Of a stretch of DNA of 64,000 nt, positions 1 through 11,830 are shown piece after piece (the first letter of the stretch is position 1; the number at the start of each line of letters is the position of its first letter). Source of the DNA: Lama glama (Eukaryota); contig CM052816.1 in the NCBI GenBank assembly GCA_028534125.1, positions 41,604,001-41,668,000 of the forward strand, in the 5' to 3' direction. The notes under the pieces are model-generated. The model worked only from the letters and a program-made list of their open reading frames with translations. It searched no databases and was not told the DNA's origin. A program made the translations under genes and the position numbers.

Positions 1-320
1 GTTTCTCCGGCTCTGGCTCCTTGAAGGAAACGGGCGCTTTTACCTAGCGCGGTGTGGCAGGTCCCTTGTCAGCCAATCACATCCGCGGAACCGCGTCCCG
101 AGCCTGTTGCGGATGTTAAGTAAAGCTAGCACCTAGTCGCGTAGGAAATCCGAATGTGACCCGCGGTCCGGAACAGATCGGATGGGCTGGGAAGGTACCT
201 GCCAGTTCCCGGAGGAATTCGCTGGCAGCTGTGAGAGGCTCTGTTCTCGTTTCTTTGACATTTCCCTTCCCGAAAGCAGGGAGAGGTCTGAGAGTGGGCG
301 AACTTCAACGTGTTCGGTTA
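1..320. promoter_or_regulatory. CpG-rich promoter edge, probably bidirectional; the partner gene likely lies left of the window
   Basis: Dense CpG; NF-Y-type AGCCAATCA at 71-79; ETS-like CCGGAA at 168-173; minus-strand donor (CTAG|GTAAAA, exon edge at 44) and plus-strand donor (GAAG|GTACCT, exon edge at 194). Confidence 0.7.
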
Positions 321-1462
321 CAGTGTAATTAGATTAATGAGGATAGTGAGTTTTTAATGCAGTGTAGAGTAATTATGCCATGATTTGTTGTTGTTCAGTG
401 GCTTTTCCACAAATTTTCATAGTCTATTAGCAGATTAATTCAACGGCGGGTCAGTTGCTACTTTTGCGATTGTATGGATCCAATAATGAGGGGAAATGCC
501 AATCGTCTGCCAGAGAACATGCTGCCAGTGGAGATATAGGAAGGCATGTTGTGAGGCTGATGATAGGTTCCAATTTGTTATCAGTAGGTGTGAAGTGGTA
601 TCTAATCTCAAGAATGGCCTAAAAGGCTGGGAGCCACTTCATACTGCCTTGCCTTTGCCCTTCTCCAAACGGCTCAGGACTGCCATTTTAAATTCACTTA
701 AATACAAATCGCAGTCTGCCACTCTACCTGCTACATTACGCAGAATCTCTAATTAGGAATTTCGTATTAACCACGGAAGCGTTAATATTCCACATGTTAC
801 AATGTGCTAATCAATGAACCAGGGTAATTGAGGGCAAACCTTCCATCATTCAGGCTTTCTCAATAGACATTCTGAATTGTACAAATACTAGGTCCTCAAT
901 GAAGAATGCCTATCTATTTTTACTGCAAGTTTTCATTACTTACTTATTACATACTATGATGACTCGAGTGGTAAACACACCTTTCACTGCGCAAGATACA
1001 ATCCGAGCCTTGTGTATATCCATAATATGCTTAATAATAGCTTCAGAATTGCCTGGAGAAATGACTTCTGGGGGGAGTTATATGATTTTTAGATAATACT
1101 GCGAAGTAAATACTGATAGACCAAAAATTTACTCTCTTGCAAAAACTACATATAATCAGTGAAATAAAGTTAATGAAATACAGGTAACTGTCTTTTAAAA
1201 GTAATCAAATGTGAACACTATCTTTCACAGGATTTTGCTAACAAAGACCAACAGTAAGATGTTTCTTTTTCCAGGATTTAATTCCACCCCTATGAAAGAC
1301 ACATCCCACTTTATTGAACACACTTTAAAACACATAACCAAGAATTAAGGATCAAATTCAGTTTAGTTTGAGTCTTCGCTCCTGATTTTCTATTAGTTTT
1401 CCTCCTTTCCTCTTCTCCCTCCTACATCCTGTTCCTTAAGTACAGGGGCGTTCTAGATTTTA

Positions 1463-1477
1463 TCAACAGAGGGCACC
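1463..1477 (+). promoter_or_regulatory. Candidate CTCF core motif
   Basis: TCAACAGAGGGCACC resembles the CTCF core CCASYAGRKGGCRS. Motif match by eye only. Confidence 0.3.
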
Positions 1478-2259
1478 CTCGAGTCACTGCAAATCCTAAT
1501 GTCTTGAAATGGAACTGTTCTTTAGAAGAAAAACTTCATTTCTTCTAAGGTACTTTATTGATCCTCTGTTGTAAAATTTGACAAACTCAAGATTTATAAG
1601 CTTAACAATTCACATTTTATTGCTGCATAACCGTTCAGCTGGCTAGAGGAAAATGTTAATTTTCACAATTAAACCACAAGGTAGTTTCTATTTTCAAGAC
1701 ATTAGGTCAGTTGACACACTCGCCCGGTAAATTCGGACTATTACAAGATCCTGAATCCGCTTGGAAAGCCAGAGCAAGGTGAATGGTCACCTACAGCGCA
1801 CCCACTCTCCCAGATTGTATGTAGCAAGTTAAGGAGGATTTTAAGACTCTACAAAGAAAAATCTGGGGAGGGAGCTAGAACACAAACATAATATTGATGA
1901 CTTATACAAGATTTTATATTTTAACCAGAAGATAACTGTGAAGTGATAGCATTCACAACTCACAAATCCACCGTTTCTTGCCACTTGTATTCCTCTTCCT
2001 TCTTCTTTGTTTTTAGGAAGGAAAGATGAGACCAGAACAGTATAGTTAGGGGATACAGCAAAGCATCCCATGGTATGAACGTGCAAAATGGACAGAATTA
2101 AAACACATGCCAGTTAACATCAATGGATTCTAAACAAGATGCGGTTTCTTCTCTTGAATCTTTATGTGATGTCTTAACTGTTCCCCTGTTAATATACAGA
2201 ATCTCTATTTCCAGAAATCTAATACGACGGTCTCTGTCTAACAGATCATAGTGGGCAGC

Positions 2260-4190
2260 GGAGCCAGTAATCAGACCCGGGGTTGTGATTTGTGCAATCC
2301 ATTCTAGACTAACTAGGGCTCCCCGGCTGTTCCCCAGCTCACCGCGGACGCAAAGCAGGGGCTGAGGTAGCCCGGAGTGACAGCCCAGCGGCAAGCAGCT
2401 TGTGGGTTGTACTTACATCATTCTTAACCCTTCCGCTCCTGGAGGGAGCTTGGCGGGATCAAGGGGTCCCTGAGCTCCGGAACACGCAGGACCTGGGTGT
2501 GAGAGAAGAGCCCCAGAGCCGGGGGTGAGCACTGCGCTCCCAGAAGGAGAGGGCCCGGGGCGTGCGTGGGTCTCATCACCCGAGCGTACACAGCGGGCCC
2601 CCGCGATCCCCGTGGGCTCCGCCGCGCCTCGCACCGCTCAAAGCAGCAGGTGCAAAAAGCATTTGGAAAGCGCTTGCCAGCGTGCGGAGGTAATGCGCTT
2701 CCTGTCCATTTATCTCAGGAAACCAGCGCAGCCTTCCCTTCCAAACAAAATTAACCTCTCATTAGCCAGCCACTCACTCCGAGAAGGCCTTAAAAGCTTT
2801 ACCAGCTCGCTAATGTATTTAGGCTTTTCTTACAGGCAAACGCAGCGGCGGCCGTGGCTGCCATCCGCCCCGGGGGTTCCTCTGGGTTCCCTCGGGAGCC
2901 AACCGGTTACCCCCCAACAGCCTCAAGTCTGGGAAACTCTGACCAACCTGGATCCCGGTTTGTAGTACCAGGTAGACCCAACACCCTTGAACAGACTTCA
3001 TGCCAGAAGCAGCCAAAACAAGTTCCCACTATGCCCCTAGTATCAAATCAATCCTCAGCTCCCCTTGTCCTCAAGGAACGGGTAAGAATACCCAGGAGGA
3101 ACTTCAATAGCCAGCTGTTCCCGGGTCGTGGGCGCTGACCCTCTTTGGAGCGCCAGCCCTGTTCGCTGCGGGTGCAGGAAGCGCTGATCAGCGGCGTGGA
3201 GATGGTGTTAGCTAGGATCTAGCCGATTCCAAGAGAGAAGAATCAAATGTGGTTCTAGGTCTGCAAGTGGCAAAAGAGGCCTTTTGGAGAGCTGGAGTTT
3301 TCTCACCCTGGCCCCCCACCGCCTGAGGCTGGCAGATTTATACCACACAGGTGGACGGAGACCTAAACAAAATAGTCCCGGCCGCTGCCTGCCGCTTGCC
3401 CCCCACGTCCCCCCGGCCCACCGCGAACTTCAACAAAATAAACAACTCACCACAGGCATTCCCTTGTCTGCAGCGCGACGCTTGCCAGCTGGGAAAATAA
3501 GCCGCAAGCCACGCGGCCGGGGCGCTGAGGGAGGGCAGCACGGCGCCCGCCTCTCTTCCCCAGGTGGGGGCAGCGGTAACCGGGGGCAGGAGGGAGGCTC
3601 CTCCTCGGGGCTACTCTCCAGGTTCCCCCACTGCTGAGTGAGCGCCTGGCGAGGGGCTGCGCCCTTCCAGCTAGCGATATCTGTGACACCTAGGGGAGGG
3701 GACAGGAGGCAAATTCCTCAATTCCCTCTAGCTTTCTCGAACCTGTTTTCTCCCCACTCCTGTCTCAAAAACCAAACCTGGGGCCTCCACCCCACCCCTC
3801 CAGAACCACACCTCCCCCTGCCGGCACAACCCGGATCCGTGCAGCACGTCTGCCGAGTGGCTGGTAGTGGTGTCCCAGAACCCCAGACTCCAGGTCCGGC
3901 TCCGTTCGCGCCTCCTTCACTCACACCCCCTCCCCTAAGTCCTGCACAAAGACGCCTTTCACGCTGCCAGCGCCACCCTCCGCGCCGCCCTCCGGGCCGG
4001 CCGCGGTGCTTTTGCCCACCCGCGGCACCAGCCTGTTCTTGGTTGGTGATTGTGCCAGCCGTTGCCGGGGCAGGGCAGCAGAGAACGCGTGCAGGTTGTT
4101 CTTGCTCTGCGCCTCGGCACAGGCACAGATGCGGTCCCTTGCCCAGCTTTTCACCACTTTCTCTAGCTGTCCACCAGCGGCCACAAAATA
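2260..4190. promoter_or_regulatory. CpG island (second promoter or developmental regulatory island)
   Basis: About 1.9 kb, GC-rich, with abundant CpG and GC boxes against an AT-rich, CpG-depleted background; no recognisable repeats inside. Confidence 0.85.
2836..3081 (+). other. Candidate spliced exon (246 nt) inside the CpG island
   Basis: Branch-like GCTAAT at ~2809, acceptor GGCTTTTCTTACAG|G, donor CGG|GTAAGA. An upstream donor GAG|GTAATG at 2689/2690 would give a 146-nt intron. Confidence 0.35.
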
Positions 4191-4996
4191 CACTCCTTCC
4201 TTCCCATAAATGATCATTAAGGGTCTTCCTAGTATGTCTAAATTGAAGAGTGTTGGGGAGCAGTCATACTCTGGACTTTCGCCAGAATAAGAAATCCAGT
4301 GATTTTTCCAGTCCATCTAAATATGGCTTGAGTTTACAGCGGGGAGAGAGGATTAAGAGAGACATCTAAGACACAGGTGAGGAAGTATGTTATAAAGAAC
4401 AAGCCTACGCAATGTTCACGGAAAGACAATCGTTTGGATAAGAGTAGAAGGCTAAGAATAGAAGAGTAGAAGGCTAATCACTTCCCTGCCTAGGCTGATC
4501 TTCCAAAGTTGAAAATAAGTGTCACAGGTATTCAGCGGTAGCTGCTGTTCTGTGCGTTTAGTGCCTACGATGAGCAGGCTACTTCTCTTTGTCTAGGCAA
4601 ATATTCAAGCATCCTGACCTAGGTATTTCACTTTTTGCCTCCTTAGGAGTTTCTCCCACTCTCTCCAGCTATTATTCACCTTCTGCTGCTCCCACTCTCT
4701 ATAGTTTCTTGGTCTAACGCTAGAGGCAGCATAAGGCAGTGTTCAAGAGAGTGGAATGGGAATCCTTCGAGGAGAATCTAGCTCTGATTTTCTGAACAGG
4801 AGTCTTAGGCAACTGATGTCTTTGGACCTGGGGTCATTATCGAGACAGTGTATTAGGGGCAATGGCCCGATTCCTTCTGGTTCGGAAGTCCTATGACAAG
4901 AGACACCTCCTCACACCCTCTCTGTAGTTCCCCCTTTTCCCTTTTAAAGTGTTTTCCCACCTTGCTTTATCTTCTCCAAATGCCAATCAAATTGAA

Positions 4997-5021
4997 AAAC
5001 CAAACCAAACCAAACCAAACC
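4997..5021 (+). repeat. (AAACC)5 microsatellite
   Basis: Read directly from the sequence. Confidence 0.9.
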
Positions 5022-7314
5022 CGGGGATGTTTCAAGGTAAATGTAAGATATATTGAAAAATGCTCTTTTTGCTACTGAGAATTAAAAACAACAACAAAAA
5101 TAACCCTCAGCTCCTAGTCCACAGAAATAAGGAATTTTAACGCCCCCACTTGCTTGCCTCTGAAAAGCCACTCCAGCAATCAGCAGAGCAGGGCTTTGAT
5201 TTAGAACCTAAAGGCAAGTCTCCCGTGTTTTTCTTTTCCCTCCCACCAACATAAAGACAAGCTGCCACATAAAATAATGATCAACAAGAGTTCAAAGCAA
5301 GCCTAGAGAGCCAGTCCAGAGGACGTTTTCTAATGCAGCCGCAGTCCTTCACCACTCCCCTGCGAAGGCTGGCTTTGGACAGTCCGCAAATGGTAGGCAC
5401 AAGCTGCCAGAATCTCCTTTCCCCCAATTCCTTCCCATAAATATTGGTCAGTGGAACCAGTATGTTAACTTGTCAGTCATCATGTAAATGCATTCATCAA
5501 ATCAATACATTAAATTTTTCCTTAGCCTGATGATACCTTGCAGGATTTTTGATTCGTTACTCACTTTGGAAGCTTTAGCCTTAGTTCTCACTCTGTACAA
5601 TCTTGATTGTTTTCTGTGGAATCTTTTCTGAAATCAAGACAAAAAAGGGTGACATTTCACAATGAAGTACTCATTTTAAACTACAAATCTCTTGCTTCTT
5701 CAATTTCAACAGAAGAGTTTTAAAATTGCTTAGCTTTCATAGTATAGTAATGCACATTTACAAAATTGTCTATTAAGGAAAATTCTTAAGTACACTTTCA
5801 TTGAGGAATAAGTTTCTTTAAACAATAGTGGTGGAGAAATATTTTGAGCTTGTCTAATTCCGTGGCTTTCATTTCTATCAATCACACCTACCCTCACGAC
5901 TGTCCCATTTATATATCCTAAAAATGTTTATACTTCTAATTACACACTGTATGTTCCATTAATAAAAGAACATGGCTTATTTCTTCCTCCCCAAATTCCT
6001 TACCTTGCTTAATGCTGCATAACTTTTTTCTCTTATTTCATTTTAATCTTTCTTTTTTCCTAATACCAACAAAAATAAACCAAAGATGGGAAGAGAAAAG
6101 GGCTAAGAAATCACTTTCAGTGATTGACTCAGCATTTCTCTATTGACTGTAAAGACTCTTTCTGTTGATTCAATGTGTATTTGCACCATCTTCTGAATTT
6201 ACACTTAAACATGATAGAACTTCAGATTTTAAAATGTTCAGCTAATATATACATCCAGCTCTTCTGGTGTCAAGGTCATGGTTTGCTCACTCTTGATATT
6301 TCTAAGTTTTTCCTTTTGCAAATTGGGAGAGTCATCTCAAGAATCAAGCAGCATATGGATCTGTTTTTCAGTATTTCTTGTTTTCCTTTTCTTGCATGTT
6401 TTGTTATAATTCTTCTCTAGTTTTAGATTGATTCTCAATTTAACATTTATTTTATTTATTCATAATGTTTGAGAATTATTACTCTTGCTAAGAAATTATA
6501 CTATTTTAGATATTAGTAGCCTTAACAATAAGACTGGTAAGGAATAGTATAATTATAAAACAATGGTAGGAGAAAATGCTAATTTCTACATGAGATTAGT
6601 AAAAATATTTTATTTAGTTCAATGTTATTGAAGTTCATCAAAATCTTCTTTGTTTTATAGGATCAGTGTTTAAAATAAGTGAAAACATAAAAGACCTAAG
6701 ACCTACTTCTACTTTTAAAAGGGGGAGAATTTGCTTTGCTTTTTTCCCCTCTATACAAAGGTGTAAAAGAGATGTCTTGAACCACCAGCTCATACAATAG
6801 TTAAGCTAAAGAATTCTGGTAAATCATAAATTTAAAAATGAAACCTCTGGACACATAGCTAATGAACAAAGAAAATTTAAAAAAAAAGATTATCCTTTAG
6901 AAGACGAAAACTATCACATTTTATTAGCAATGCAAGCCTAATTTTCTAGAGAAACATTGTAATTTTACAGTATTCCTCATATATACAGAATAGGTTAAAC
7001 AAATGCATATTAAGTTAATAAATTTAATATCCATGAAAATGTAAATGATAATAAAAGAAAACAGACAATAATCTCCTTGAAGGCATGGGAGAAAAGCTAT
7101 ACTTTTTGTGTGCTTGCTATTAAAAAAGCTCTTGTCATGAATCCTTCAGCCATTCAGCACAGTGTAAGATAGTAGAACACGACACAGCAGGGACTGACCT
7201 TTTCCCTATTGTGTTTGTTGATTATTTCAACTGCAATCACTGTAGACACACACAATCTTTTCTGATTTAATGTAAGTCTTTAAGGCAAGATATATATTCC
7301 CCCAAATTATCATT

Positions 7315-8130
7315 TTCTTTTTTAACATTTTTTATTGAGTAATAGTCACTTTACAATGTTGTGTCAAATTTCAGTGAGCACAATTTTTCAGTTATACATG
7401 AACATACATATATTCATTGTCACATTTTTTTTTGCTGTGAGCTACTACAAGGTCTTGTATATATACAGTGCTATACAGTATAATCTTGTTTACCTATTCT
7501 ACATTTTGAAATCCCAGTCTGTCCCTTCCCCTTGGCAACCACAAGTTTGTATTCTATGTCTATGAGTCTATTTCTGTTTTGTATTTATGCTTTGTTTGTG
7601 TTGTTGTTTTTTTTTAGATTCCACATATGAGAGATCTCATATGGTATTTTTCTTTCTCTTTCTGGCTTACTTCACTTAGAATGACATTCTCCAGGAACAT
7701 CCATGTTGCTGCAAATGGCGTTATGTTGTTGGTTTTTATGGTTGAATAGTATTCCATTGTATAAATATACCACCTCTTCTTTATTCAGTCATCTGTTGAT
7801 GGACATTTAGGCTGTTTCCATGTTTTGACTATTGTAAATAGTGCTGCTATCAACACTGGGGTGCAGGTGTCTTTTTGAAGTAGGGTTCCTTCTGGATATA
7901 TGCCCAGGAGTGGGATTCCTGGGTCATATGGTAAGTCTATTCCTAGTCTTTTGAGGAATCTCCATACTNNNNNNNNNNNNNNNNNNNNNNNNNNNNNNNN
8001 NNNNNNNNNNNNNNNNNNNNNNNNNNNNNNNNNNNNNNNNNNNNNNNNNNNNNNNNNNNNNNNNNNNNCTTATATATTCTGGAGATCAAGCCTTCGTTGG
8101 TTTCATTTGTAAAAATTTTCTCCCATTCTG
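7315..8130 (-). mobile_element. 5'-truncated LINE-1 (camelid-type 3' UTR plus ORF2 C-terminal remnant) containing the assembly gap
   Basis: Antisense L1 3' end; ORF2-like peptide EWEKIFTNETNEGLISRIYK; near-perfect TSD ccaaatt(a/g)tcatt at 7302-7314 and 8131-8143. Confidence 0.92.
7969..8068. other. Assembly gap (100 N)
   Basis: Exactly 100 N, typical of an unknown-length gap placeholder. Confidence 0.99.
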
Positions 8131-9109
8131 CCAAATTGTCATTCTTAACATTACATATGCTCTGTAAGAAATAAACTTCAAAAAGTTGGAAAATAACCTT
8201 TTAAGAGAGGTAAAAAACCTGTTAAGTTACTCTTCTGTGAACCAATTTAGACCTACCATGGTAATTCATAATTTCTTCTAGAGGAGAAATTTCTATCCCC
8301 ACACTCATCTGTATACACAGTGGCAAGAACATTTATAAAATGATGACAGAATGGAATATACCACAATCCTTAAATGCCATGAAATCAAATACATTTGAGA
8401 AATTGGATAACCTCAATTCTAATAGCCAACATTACCCAATGAGTTTATATAATAAAAAGTTAAGTGTGTTCTAATATATAATGTTCAAATGACATATGTT
8501 TATACCTTATTGATATCAGAGAAAATTCCAAGGAGATATATTTTAACTCAGCTTAATAAATTGAAACAAAAATGGGACCAAAGAAATCGGTTTTCAAATA
8601 ATCACAAGTACAAAAATAATAAGCATTTTTCTTTTTCTATTCTTCTCATATTTAATTATGCCATCATTTTGAATTATCCAAGCCACATAAAGAGGCTCAG
8701 GTAGTGTTTGTGCCAGGAGCAATTTTAGACCGGAGCCTGAGAATGAACCCAGGAATGAAAACAGTGCATGTTCGTCAGAAGTTTGAGTGAAATAAATTGG
8801 GCTGAATTCAGGAGTGGGGCATGTTTCAAAAGAAGAGTGGGAAAGGATTCTCAGAGGTCGGGCTCTTGCTGTTGAATTGTTAACGTGCTCTTCAGCTGTC
8901 CCAGCTGGGACTGTCCATCAACAAAGAATGTGAAGAATGCATGACTGGTACAGAAATCTAAGTGAAACAGATGAAGTTTCCTTTTCCCCTGACCCCTCGT
9001 GGGGGTGCCACAAGGGAGATGGGGGATCCATACCCCCAGACCCCCTGGTAAGCAGTCAGCATCCAGGATACTTACTCCTTGTTAAAGAAAGGATCATGCT
9101 CAAATATAA

Positions 9110-9490
9110 TCCCTTTCTTTTAATTCTTCCATTAAGCAAATGATTTTTGAGCACCCACTAATGAGTCTGGCAAACTTCTAAATCCTGGGAGTAATGCCAT
9201 AAATAATTCAGACAAGGCTCTTAAGAACGTACATTCTGATGGTGGGGAAATAAACAGGTAAACAAGTCAATAAACCAAATAACTTTAAAAATGCTGTAGA
9301 GTTTAAGGAATACGGTGTATGACAAGAACAAGGGCAAGAAGGAGCCCTCATTATTGGAAAGGAATTTCTGAGATCTCATGGGAAGGCCTGTAACAATATG
9401 GGGGAAAGGGTAGGAGGCAGAGGTCAGGGTCTCAAGATATGAACAATCTTGGAGTGTTTAGGAACAGAAAATGGTAGAAAGTACATTACT
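9110..9490 (-). mobile_element. L2 fragment
   Basis: Antisense L2 3'-end motifs (caaatgatttttgagcacccacta...acattctgatggtggggaaataaacag). Confidence 0.6.
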
Positions 9491-9694
9491 GGGAGAAATT
9501 TTAGCAATCTAAGACAAAATTCTGTAATTCCCAGGTGGCATTTGAATAAGGGAGAATTCTTCGTTCCCAAACTTCAGGATGGTAAGAAATGGAAGAGGTG
9601 TTTATTGAATTACTATTAGGAGCGACACCTAGTGTCTGACTCGGGGGTAGGGGTGAGTGGGATCTAACTGTACCCTCGTAATCTCTCTCTGAAG

Positions 9695-9845
9695 AACAGA
9701 TTATTGTTCTCATTTTGTAGATGGGGAAACTTAGGCTGAAAGATTAAAAAAAAACCTGCCCAAAGATACATAATACGTGGTTGGTACCGGATCTGAATTG
9801 AGTCTTTCAGGTTTTAAAGTCTAGTTGCTTTCATTACACTTCATT
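9695..9845 (-). mobile_element. MIR SINE
   Basis: Core motif ctcattttgtagatggggaaacttaggct...cctgcccaaagat. Confidence 0.75.
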
Positions 9846-10529
9846 GCTCCATGTCATTTACTAGACAATCTTGGTGTTAAAACACACAGAGATTCATCAT
9901 AAAGCTTTTGTGCCACTAATATAAAAAAAAAGATTGTAATTAATAGCAGAATTAAAAAGTGAACTGATTGGAAAAAATTAAGATTTATTTTTAGAAATTT
10001 AAAATTAAATCTATTGTCCTCTTCTAGCCCAATTAAGAATCTCTTCTCAATAATGCAGAGGGTTGAAGAGTCTCATTTCCTCAACTCATCTTCTGCATCT
10101 CTGTATAGCTCTTGTCAAGGCTTGAATGGACATTCTTTACCTGATTAAATGTCCAGTAGCCTATGGCTTGATATTGGGAGTACAGGTTTTGATACACTTC
10201 TACAATGGGAGGCCTATAAGTTTTTAGTGAATTCATAGGCAGAATCATCTCATGGATATAGTCTTGCCTATTTCACAACTTAGCTTGTACCATTTCCCTA
10301 GTAATGCTGTGTGACTATAGAAATACGTAAGTGGAGTCCACAGTGCCAGGTACACAGTAATACTAGTGGTTTTTTACTACGATTAGAGCCTGGGATGTAC
10401 ACCGGCGTTATTATGTGGAAAAATTCTGGTAGAATCATCATGGAAAACAATCCGGGTTATCAGCGCACAACTTCATTACTGTATTCACCATTACTTTTAA
10501 CAGAGAGCTAGTATTGTTATATCCTCTCT

Positions 10530-11830
10530 TCATTCATTCATTCAGTTACTTATTTGTCCAATCAATCTTTCCACAAACATTTATTGAACTACCTGCTATG
10601 TCCTCTTTTAGGCACAAGGAATATATTAATGAAAGAAAAAAAGAGTTAGGAACTAAACAATATATCAATGAATAAAACATAATAATCCTCCCTCCCAGAG
10701 GGAGAGACAAACAATAAACAAAAACGAGGACATTCTAGAGCATATTAAAAGGAGTTATGTGCTCTGGGAAAAACAGAGGATGACAGTGGGATGTGAAATG
10801 CTGGCTTCTATGTACAATTTTTAAAAGGATGGTAGAGGTGGGCTTGACTGAGAAAGTGACATTTGAGCCAACACTTGGAGGAGCTGATGGAGTGACCCAC
10901 GCAGCTGTCTGAAGGAAGGGAGTTAAGGCAGAGGCAACAGCCAGTGCACAGATTCTGAAGTGAGAGGCTGCCTCGCATTTTTAAGAGAAAAGAGGCCTGT
11001 TTTGTTGGAATGGAGTGAGCAGGGGAGAGTTAGAGGAGTTCAGACACATTATGGGGCCTCAAATCACAGAGAACTTCAGGGCCACTGTAAGGATTCTGAC
11101 TGAATTTGGGAACCTTTGGAGAATTTTGAGTAGAGCAATGGCATGGTTTGAATTTTAGGAGTTCACTCATGCTGTTTTGTTGAGACTATATGGCCAGGCA
11201 AGGGTGGAAGTAAGGAATCCAGTGGGATGGCTATTTCAAGAATCTATGTAAGAGATGCTAGAGACTTAGACCAATAGTGGTAGCAGAGGAATTGTTTCGA
11301 AGTGGTTAGATTCTGGATACATTTTGATGTTTGAATCAAAAGGATTTCTTGATAGGTTAAATGGGGGTGTTCGAGAGAAAGACAGGCATCAAGGATCACT
11401 CTTAAGGCTTTTTAGCCTGAGCCACCATCAAGATGGATTCCCATCAGCTGAGTTGAGCTGGAACAGGGTTTTGGCGTGTGAAAGACAAAACGCACCAGAC
11501 AATCAAGGAGGTGATTTTATTCAGTCTGTTGCAGTCGGGAGAAAGTCCACTAATGACGGCCATCTCAAAGAAAAGGAAAGAGGCCTTGAGGGAGAGGCCA
11601 GTGCTCAAGGGAGTCATCAAGTTGTCTTATGGGAGTCATGAGGAAGAATGGAGATGAGTTATCTTGAAATATTCGAGGGCAGGGAGGTGCTTTGTGACTA
11701 GCCTTTCTTCGAATACAAAAGGGTGGGAGCAGAGGGCTCAGGTAAAGTTAAATACTGTCTGTGAGGAAAAACGTGAGTTTAGTTTTGGACTTACTAGGTT
11801 TAAGATTTCTGTTAGACTTCCTAGTGAAAA
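10530..11830 (-). mobile_element. L2 LINE, apparently interrupted at ~11477-11762 by an LTR-like insertion
   Basis: ttcattcattcattca and aaacatttattga 3'-end signature, followed by typical L2 body motifs (aaagtgacatttgagc, gattctggatacattttga, gagtttagttttggac). Confidence 0.8.

Noticed and set aside
3284..4316. Long ORFs in the CpG island (117, 191 and 131 aa)
   Set aside because: They overlap on both strands, are mostly Pro/Arg/Gly-biased and show no recognisable domain, as expected from stop-codon scarcity in GC-rich DNA.
7900..8134. ORFs spanning the N run
   Set aside because: Artefacts of translating through the assembly gap inside an L1.
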